A DNA stretch of 53,194 bases, taken from positions 1 through 53,194 of the forward strand of contig NVTF01000003.1 in the NCBI GenBank assembly GCA_002401485.1, in the 5' to 3' direction. The position numbers and the translations under genes were made by a program. The notes under the pieces are model-generated. The model was not told the DNA's origin. It searched no databases and saw only the letters and a program-made list of their open reading frames with translations. Source of the DNA: Elusimicrobiota bacterium (lineage in GTDB: Bacteria > Elusimicrobiota > Elusimicrobia > UBA1565). Below are positions 46,717 to 53,194 of the stretch, in pieces (position 1 is the stretch's first letter; each line of letters starts with the position of its first letter).

Positions 46717-48009
46717 TGGTACAAACCGGGTACATAGGTAACAGAGTAGACCGGGCACATAGGTAACAGCTAAGGCTAAAGCAAGGAGGACTCGCTTATG
46801 CCCTGGAAGGAGACTTGTGTGATGAATGAAAAACGTAAATTTATATTGGATTGGCTATGTGGGGATTGGACTATGCTTGCTCTTTGTGAGCATTTTGGAA
46901 TAAGCAGAAAGACGGGTTATAAAATCCTAGGTCGTTTTAAAGTAGAAGGCTTGTTGGGTTTGGAAGCACGCTCAAAAGCACCTGTGAGGCATCCAAACGA
47001 AACCGCGGAGGAAATTCAATTGGCAGTGTTGGCGCAGCGTCGCAAGCATCCGTATTGGGGTCCCCGAAAACTTCGGCGTCGCTTGCAGGATTTGTATCCG
47101 AAAGTCGCGTGGCCTGCGGCGAGCACGATAGGGACTCTTCTGAAACATAAAGGACTGTCGCGTCCCCGTCGCCGTTCACGACGGGTATCGATTTATTCGG
47201 GACCGTTTGACCTTGGTTTAGAACCCAACGATGTTTGGGGTGCCGATTTTAAAGGCTGGTTCCGTACGGGCGACGGTTTGCGAATCGATCCTTTTACCGT
47301 GAGCGACCTTGCGAGCCGCTATTTACTGTTATGCAGGGCTGTAAAAAGGCCCGACGGGGAAAACGTGCAGGACCATTTGACGGGGTTGTTTCGTGAGTTC
47401 GGTCTTCCGCAGGCATTACGCACTGACAATGGTTCCCCGTTTGCATCATTAGGTGCCGGGGGTCTATCGAAATTATCAATCTGGCTAATCAAGTTAGGAA
47501 TTCGACCGGAACGGATTCGTCCGGGACACCCTGAAGAAAATGGGATTCACGAGCGTATGCATAAGACGCTTAAGCAAGAAACGGCGAATCCACCTAAAGC
47601 TAACGAATCGTCTCAGCAACGTGCCTTTGACCGTTTTGTTGCGGAATACAACGATGAACGCCCGCACGAAGGGTTGGAGATGAAAACCCCGACACAGATC
47701 TATCGGACCTCGGAGCGTGATTTTCCATCTCGTTTACGGGAGCTGGAGTATCGATCCCCAATGAGCGTACGCAGAGTGTCTTCAAATGGAACGTTTAAAT
47801 GGCGACGGAAATGCGTTTTCATTGGCAACGCCTTAGTTGGAGAAACGATCGGAATTATGGAGGAAGAATCAGGGACCTGCCGAGCTTATTTTGGGCAGAT
47901 TTACCTTGGGGAATTTGATCAAAATGAGGCAGGAAGTACGTCTGTCACGGGGAGCAGGGTGTTACCTATGTGCCCGGTCTAAAGTGTCACCTATGTCCCG
48001 GGTTGCACA
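46717..48009 (+). mobile_element. IS481-family insertion sequence
   Basis: About 50-bp imperfect terminal inverted repeats, each with two ACATAGGT(A/G)ACA boxes; right end ...TTGCACA; the left boundary is uncertain by 1 nt. Confidence 0.9.
46798..47982 (+). CDS. IS481-family DDE transposase
   Basis: MPWKE, GISRKTGYK, HPYWGPRKL, WGADFKG, TDNGSPF, NGIHERMHKTLK, YNDERPHEGL; SD AGGAGG. Confidence 0.96.
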   Translation: MPWKETCVMNEKRKFILDWLCGDWTMLALCEHFGISRKTGYKILGRFKVEGLLGLEARSKAPVRHPNETAEEIQLAVLAQRRKHPYWGPRKLRRRLQDLYPKVAWPAASTIGTLLKHKGLSRPRRRSRRVSIYSGPFDLGLEPNDVWGADFKGWFRTGDGLRIDPFTVSDLASRYLLLCRAVKRPDGENVQDHLTGLFREFGLPQALRTDNGSPFASLGAGGLSKLSIWLIKLGIRPERIRPGHPEENGIHERMHKTLKQETANPPKANESSQQRAFDRFVAEYNDERPHEGLEMKTPTQIYRTSERDFPSRLRELEYRSPMSVRRVSSNGTFKWRRKCVFIGNALVGETIGIMEEESGTCRAYFGQIYLGEFDQNEAGSTSVTGSRVLPMCPV

Positions 48010-48020
48010 GCGGAAAATTC

Positions 48021-48704
48021 TTAAACTCGCTGATCATCAGCCGCGATCAACGGCTCAATAAACCGAAACGCCCCGCCCCGCACAACCGGACCACGCGCCG
48101 GACACAAAATATCGACGTCGATTTTGGCGAGGGCCTCGACAGACTTTCTTAAATAAGGAACATCGAAAGCCCCGACTCCAACCGCGAGAGCTTTTCCTTC
48201 ATTGGAAAACATATCCCCGCAAATTAAAATCTGCTTCACCGGATCATAAAACGAAAGCGACCCCGCAGTCGGGCCCGGCGTGTGCAGAACCTGCCAATGG
48301 GGAAAGCCGGTCGGCGGAATACCGGGTTCGGCCGGCATCACGGACTCAACGGGCGAAAACGGAAACGCTTTTTTCCGTTTTCGCTTTTTAAAAAACCCGC
48401 CTATCTCAGACATCGGCTTAGCCCCGGTCAGAAATGGAATTTCCCGCGGATGGGCAAACACTCGGACGGGACGTTTGCCGATAAGAACCGATAATCCTCC
48501 CGCACTCTCAGGATCGGCGTGCGTCAACACGACGCGTCCAACGTCATTCCAATCCCAACCATTGTCCATCATTTCAAACAAGAGGGCATCGACGGAAGGG
48601 GCATCCCCTGTGTCCACCAGGGTCAGGTCCTTGGTGCCCACAACAATAAATACATTGGTTGTCGACGCCTCCAACTGAAACAGATTCTCGGCAATGCGCT
48701 TCAT
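48021..48704 (-). CDS. Metallo-beta-lactamase-fold protein with metal ligands lost
   Basis: LVDTG, LTHADPESAGG, HTPGPTAGS, GD, CPARG. Confidence 0.85.
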   Translation of the reverse strand: MKRIAENLFQLEASTTNVFIVVGTKDLTLVDTGDAPSVDALLFEMMDNGWDWNDVGRVVLTHADPESAGGLSVLIGKRPVRVFAHPREIPFLTGAKPMSEIGGFFKKRKRKKAFPFSPVESVMPAEPGIPPTGFPHWQVLHTPGPTAGSLSFYDPVKQILICGDMFSNEGKALAVGVGAFDVPYLRKSVEALAKIDVDILCPARGPVVRGGAFRFIEPLIAADDQRV

Positions 48705-49327
48705 TAGCGCTCTTCGATTTGAACTGATTTAAGAATCTGATCCTGAAAGGGACGATCACGACCGTTGCGGCTCACTGCGGAAATCGCCAAGACGGTTTCC
48801 ATTCCGCGAACGACCTCCCCGAAAATGGTGTGCCGCCTATCCAACCACTGCGTGCGCGCCACCGTAATAAAAAACTGGCTCCCATTAGTATTCGGACCGG
48901 AATTTGCCATCGCAAGAATTCCCGGCTTGGAAAAGGAACGCCCCGTTTGGAATTCATCCTTGAAGGTATAACCGGGACCACCGGCCCCGGTACCAGTCGG
49001 GTCTCCGCCCTGGATCATAAAACCCTCAAGCACACGATGAAAGAGTGTTCCTTCGTAGAGAGACCGCTTCGTACGCTTCTTGGTACTGGAGTCGGTCCAC
49101 TCCTTCTCGCCTCGCGCGAGAGAGACGAAGTTCTCGACAGCCAAGGGGGCCTCATCAGGAAATAGCCGTGCTTCAATCGTCCCTTGGCTTGTTTCAAGAA
49201 TCGCGTACAGCCCCGCTTTATCCTCACCGCTCATTCCCGGCAAGCTGCGCGTTTCAGGAATTTTTTTATCCGCAGAGGAACAGGCGCAAGCTGCAGCCGC
49301 AACCATGAAGAGGACAGCCCGCCTCAT
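48704..49327 (-). CDS. Cyclophilin-type peptidyl-prolyl isomerase, probable lipoprotein
   Basis: AACAC lipobox-like motif; FHRV..FMIQGGDPTG.G.GGPGY, MANSGPNTNGSQFFIT, HTIFG. Confidence 0.95.
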   Translation of the reverse strand: MRRAVLFMVAAAACACSSADKKIPETRSLPGMSGEDKAGLYAILETSQGTIEARLFPDEAPLAVENFVSLARGEKEWTDSSTKKRTKRSLYEGTLFHRVLEGFMIQGGDPTGTGAGGPGYTFKDEFQTGRSFSKPGILAMANSGPNTNGSQFFITVARTQWLDRRHTIFGEVVRGMETVLAISAVSRNGRDRPFQDQILKSVQIEER

Positions 49328-50046
49328 GCACACATCCGGTTAATGAGATCCTTCGGAAAACCAAGTTCGACAACACGAAGATCACCGACATTTTTCAGCG
49401 CGTGCGGCGCCAAGAGACCGCGTTTAGGTAGCCCGAGGACGAAGGTACGGTCGGCCGTGATAAAAACTCCGCTATGGTGTCCCGTTTCACCGTTGATTCC
49501 TGAGGGAATATCGACCGCGATCACCGGTTTTCCAGCCTTCATCATCCGCTGAATCATACGATGCACAAACCCGGCGGGTTTCCCGCTCGCGCCGGTTCCC
49601 AGCAGTGCATCAATAATCACCACCGAGGACCGCAAGCGCACATCCAGCTCGATCAGTTCTTCGGAAACTTCGTGAACGGACACTCCCGACGCATTCGCTT
49701 TGATTAGATTGTCGTCAACTTCCTTGCCGTATTTTGTCTGACGCTTGGGGGGCATGATGAAAACGATCACCTCAGCTCCTTTCGTCTTAAGATGGCGGGC
49801 TGCGATAAGCCCGTCACCGCCGTTTTTGCCGCGACCGCAGCAAACCGTCACCAACGATCCCTCAATCTTCTCTCCCCTCTCAGCCAAAAATTCGACGACG
49901 CCCTCAGCAACCCCACGACCGGCAATCTCCATAAGATCGAGAGCGGAAATGCCGTACTCATCAATGGCTTTTTTGTCGATCTCCGCCATCAACCGCGGGG
50001 TTACCACGGGATAACCGTCGTATTCATCCGGGATCGGAGCCTTCAC
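49324..50046 (-). CDS. nnrE: NAD(P)H-hydrate epimerase (stand-alone YjeF_N)
   Basis: LMEIAG, CGRGKNGGDG, DALLGTG, AVDIPSG; GTGA overlap start. Confidence 0.92.
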   Translation of the reverse strand: MKAPIPDEYDGYPVVTPRLMAEIDKKAIDEYGISALDLMEIAGRGVAEGVVEFLAERGEKIEGSLVTVCCGRGKNGGDGLIAARHLKTKGAEVIVFIMPPKRQTKYGKEVDDNLIKANASGVSVHEVSEELIELDVRLRSSVVIIDALLGTGASGKPAGFVHRMIQRMMKAGKPVIAVDIPSGINGETGHHSGVFITADRTFVLGLPKRGLLAPHALKNVGDLRVVELGFPKDLINRMCA

Positions 50047-50633
50047 GCAGCCGCCCGGGAGACAGCGGCGATCACCATCCAAAACATCCCCCCCAGCCCA
50101 AGGACCAGAGCTGCGGCAATCGTCCCATATGGGGCCGCGAGGGACACCGCCGCCTGCAGACGGGAAAACCGGTAATTTAATCGGATCGTACGAACCTTCA
50201 CCAGAAAAACAATGAATCCTATCGAACCCATTGCGATAATGGACGGCCACATGCTGTCTGGAAAAACCGCAAGGGTGATAAGCGTCACGGGCAAAGCCAA
50301 CGACCACGCCAACTCGCTATAGCCGAGCATGACAAAAAGCGGCGTCACACGGCCTTCACCGCCCATGCCATCGGCAAAAAGATGGACAAGAGCCGCCATC
50401 AAAAAACCACTGGCCACATTCCAGACGCAGTACATCAACAGCGCTATCCAGGAGGAGCCGAATGCATTCACACCGCTCAACGATTGTGCGAGAAAGAACG
50501 TTGCCGCCGCTGCAATGTACGCGGCAACGCCAAACGCCACCGGGGGGCGTTCAGACGCGGCCCTGGCCGCACGCTCAGGATGTTCAAGGAAGTCGTAAAA
50601 CAACTCCACACCGTTGGCGGCTCGAACGTTCAT
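50043..50633 (-). CDS. Yip1-like membrane protein
   Basis: About 5 TMs; HLFADGMGGEG, LGYSEL. Confidence 0.75.
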   Translation of the reverse strand: MNVRAANGVELFYDFLEHPERAARAASERPPVAFGVAAYIAAAATFFLAQSLSGVNAFGSSWIALLMYCVWNVASGFLMAALVHLFADGMGGEGRVTPLFVMLGYSELAWSLALPVTLITLAVFPDSMWPSIIAMGSIGFIVFLVKVRTIRLNYRFSRLQAAVSLAAPYGTIAAALVLGLGGMFWMVIAAVSRAAA

Positions 50634-50637
50634 CGAT

Positions 50638-51711
50638 TCAATGGCTCCAGCGGTATTCAAGACCCGCGTAGCCAAAAATGCCGATTTCCCGAAGAATTGA
50701 CAAGCGCGGCTCAAGCACAACACTGAGACGCATCTCGAGCATATCCATCAAACTCGAAATCGACTCCGATTCAGGGTACAACTCCGGCTCGCCGTCGATC
50801 CCCGCGAGCTTTCCCGCCAACGCAATCGCATCATGAAAGTCGCCGACCTGATCAATGAGTTTAAACCCCAGTGCCTGCTCTCCCGTGAAAATACGTCCAT
50901 CCGCGTGCGGGCGCACCTCGTCCTTGGAGAGTCCGCGGCCATCCGCCACGGCGGTCAAGAATTGTCCGTAGGCATTATCAATCAGTCCCTGCAAAAGTCT
51001 ACGCTCCTCGGCCGTCATGGGACGGGACATGGAGCCGATATCCTTCATTTTTCCTGATTTTATCGCGCCCATGGTCACGCCGACTTTTTTGAGGAGGCCC
51101 TCAACATTTGTCCTGGAAAAAATCACTCCAATAGACCCGACCAATGTTCCCGGGTGCGCCACGATCTTGTCGCATGCCGCAGCAAGATAATACCCGCCGG
51201 AAGCGGCAACGTCGCCCAACTGCGCAACAAAGGGTTTGCCGGTCTCGCGTCTAATCCGCTGAATCGTGCTGTAAATGTCCTGGACAGAACCGACACTTCC
51301 CCCGGGAGAATTAATCGCCAGCACGATCCCCTTCACCTCGGATTTTTTTGCAAGTTTCTCAATGCGTCTGCGCCAATTGGACGCGCCCCTTCCCCATCGC
51401 CGTCCATCGCCGGCATAAATCGCCCCGGAAATATTGACGACGGCAATGTATTGTTTGTCCTTGGTACTGGACAAAATCGAATGGGAAATCTTTTGAACCG
51501 CCGATTTTCCCTCCTTAGTCGCAGAGTCCGCATCCACACCGGCGCTCCGAGAACGCCACAGCAAAGATCCCGACGCGAATAAAGAAACCGCATACAATCC
51601 CACAAGCATGCGGACGGCCAACCGACGCCGCTTAGGCTTATCGGGAGGGGTAACCTCAGGAACGTCTTCGCTGGGTTCGGGTTGAGGCTCAGGGGTCCAT
51701 TCTTCGTTCAT
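50638..51711 (-). CDS. sppA: Signal peptide peptidase SppA (36K type)
   Basis: INSPGGSV, AASGGYYLA, GSIGV, KSGKMKD, ADGRIFTGEQA. Confidence 0.96.
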   Translation of the reverse strand: MNEEWTPEPQPEPSEDVPEVTPPDKPKRRRLAVRMLVGLYAVSLFASGSLLWRSRSAGVDADSATKEGKSAVQKISHSILSSTKDKQYIAVVNISGAIYAGDGRRWGRGASNWRRRIEKLAKKSEVKGIVLAINSPGGSVGSVQDIYSTIQRIRRETGKPFVAQLGDVAASGGYYLAAACDKIVAHPGTLVGSIGVIFSRTNVEGLLKKVGVTMGAIKSGKMKDIGSMSRPMTAEERRLLQGLIDNAYGQFLTAVADGRGLSKDEVRPHADGRIFTGEQALGFKLIDQVGDFHDAIALAGKLAGIDGEPELYPESESISSLMDMLEMRLSVVLEPRLSILREIGIFGYAGLEYRWSH

Positions 51712-53012
51712 AATACCTTCCGCTTATCCACAATATCTACGACGCGATTGCGCCCGGTCTCTTTGGCGTGATACAACGCCTGATCCGCCCGCTGAACGAT
51801 CAAATTCGCCGTCAAACCATCACGGGGAAAATGAGCGATCCCAATCGAAATTGTCACCTTCACCTGCTTCATCGCGAGCTCAAAGGTTTCCGCCTCGATC
51901 GCACTTCTGACTGCTTCCGCCTTCCTCAAAACTCCTTCCGGCTCCGCCCGTGGTAGAAGGATCGCAAATTCTTCTCCTCCATAACGCGCAACAAAGTCAG
52001 TTTCATACACGCTTTCCCGCAAAATTTCACCGACCCGCTGCAGTACCGTGTCGCCAAAAGGATGTCCGTAACTATCATTCAAATTCTTGAACTTGTCGAT
52101 GTCAAGGATCATGACGCAAAAAGTGGTCTTAAACGTCTGCGCGCGCACGACCTCTTCTGCTATCTTCTCGTCGAAAATACCCCGGCGATACACTCCCGTC
52201 AAGCCGTCAATCTGAGATCCTTTTTCGACCTCCTGGAACAGCCGGATACGCTGGAACGCAAAAGAAATTTCATCTACAAAGGATTGCGCCTTCACCAGCA
52301 TTTTTTCGGGATCGCGTCCGTGAGGAATCCGGGCGTAAAAATAACCCATGAGCTTTTTACTCTCAAAGATCGGCACCGCGACTGCGGGAATATTCCCATC
52401 CACAAGATGGGGGACGGTCACATCAACCGCCCGCTCCTGCAAATGACGCTTCACCGTCTCCCAAGAACTGCCCAAACCGTTTCTAACACCCCGACGCACG
52501 AGGGGCCGCAGGTCCTCATCCTCAGACTCACCAACGATGTAAACCGAAAAATTCTCGATCCGAAGGTACTGCTCGACCGCCAGTTCGAGCCTTGGGCGGA
52601 TATCCTCCCATGTCATCGCTTCCGAGAGAGCCTTGACCATCCCGTACAGGGCAAGAACCTCGCGCTGCTCAATCTCAATATCCTTACTCCGCAGTTTGGT
52701 GGCTTTCAGGTTATCGAACACAATCGCACGCCGGGCTTCACGTTTTTTCTGCTGTTCGCTTAAAACCGCATAGTCCGCCGCGTCGCGGTCGACCATAAAA
52801 CGAATATAGATCGACGCAACGACGAATGCGATCCCGGCGACGAACCACGCGATCGGCGCATCAACACCCGTAAGGAGCACACCACCCAACCACGCGCCCC
52901 CCGCCGCAATAGGAGAGACCGTGGCGGCCCATTTCCGTGTGGGCCATGAATACCAAAGTCCCACCGCAGGGGCGAGACCTGCGACTAAAAACAACACCGA
53001 GAACGCAGCCAT
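51708..53012 (-). CDS. Membrane diguanylate cyclase (TMs, GAF-like, GGEEF)
   Basis: DGLTG, DIDKFKNLNDSYGH, ARYGGEEF, ADQALYHAKETGRN. Confidence 0.94.
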   Translation of the reverse strand: MAAFSVLFLVAGLAPAVGLWYSWPTRKWAATVSPIAAGGAWLGGVLLTGVDAPIAWFVAGIAFVVASIYIRFMVDRDAADYAVLSEQQKKREARRAIVFDNLKATKLRSKDIEIEQREVLALYGMVKALSEAMTWEDIRPRLELAVEQYLRIENFSVYIVGESEDEDLRPLVRRGVRNGLGSSWETVKRHLQERAVDVTVPHLVDGNIPAVAVPIFESKKLMGYFYARIPHGRDPEKMLVKAQSFVDEISFAFQRIRLFQEVEKGSQIDGLTGVYRRGIFDEKIAEEVVRAQTFKTTFCVMILDIDKFKNLNDSYGHPFGDTVLQRVGEILRESVYETDFVARYGGEEFAILLPRAEPEGVLRKAEAVRSAIEAETFELAMKQVKVTISIGIAHFPRDGLTANLIVQRADQALYHAKETGRNRVVDIVDKRKVL

Positions 53013-53194
53013 CAGCCGGTCACCTGATTTCGTCCGCTGTGTTTTGAGTTATACATTCGCTCATCAGCCGAACGAACAAGCTGGGTCAGCGACGTCGCGT
53101 CTTTAGGGAACGAAGACACACCAAAACTCATAGTCACCGACGTTCGCCGTCCCTGAAACACGAACGACTCAGCGGCAACCGCCGCCCGGATACG
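53012..53194 (-). CDS. C-terminus of another GGDEF-domain protein (partial)
   Basis: My translation: RIRAAVAAESFVFQGRRTSVTMSFGVSSFPKDATSLTQLVRSADERMYNSKHSGRNQVTG*; TGATG overlap with the next gene. Confidence 0.88.
   Translation of the reverse strand, partial: RIRAAVAAESFVFQGRRTSVTMSFGVSSFPKDATSLTQLVRSADERMYNSKHSGRNQVTG

Noticed and set aside
46590-46770. Short plus-strand frame VGNEGIENLC... running into the IS end
   Set aside because: About 58 codons, no SD or recognisable homology; cannot be supported as a gene or pseudogene.
1-53194. tRNA, rRNA, known riboswitches, prophage or defence genes
   Set aside because: Intergenic gaps are short and I saw no cloverleaf, known aptamer consensus or such protein motifs; an Rfam/tRNAscan run would be needed to exclude them fully.

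Overview
This is a gene-dense bacterial chromosome segment with about 48 genes, all on the minus strand except one IS481 transposase. The gene content (PorV/PorP-like barrels, FlgD-Ig proteins, many GGDEF proteins) suggests Elusimicrobiota; that taxonomy is an inference. The centrepiece (about 2-23.4 kb) is an atypical Tad/Flp pilus locus: three prepilins, CpaB, a secretin with no N-domains, a CpaE-CpaF double-ATPase fusion, a TadB carrying a signal peptide and extra domain, and TadC. It continues with three genes sharing a CX9C-stapled TPR-like module, an output-less HAMP sensor and a five-gene two-component cluster. Directly upstream lie a PorV-like barrel and a 1122-aa FlgD-Ig repeat protein with a T9SS-like C-terminus. 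A structured 51-bp tandem repeat sits in the flp leader. The rest is envelope, c-di-GMP and housekeeping genes: a PorP-like barrel, three diguanylate cyclases, a signal-less solute-binding protein, tsaD, S41 protease, an FtsX-EnvC fusion, glgA, scpAB, trpS, a site-2 protease, DUF2339, a pseudo-MBL, cyclophilin, nnrE and sppA. No rRNA, tRNA or CRISPR array was seen. All calls come from motif reading by eye; no searches were run.
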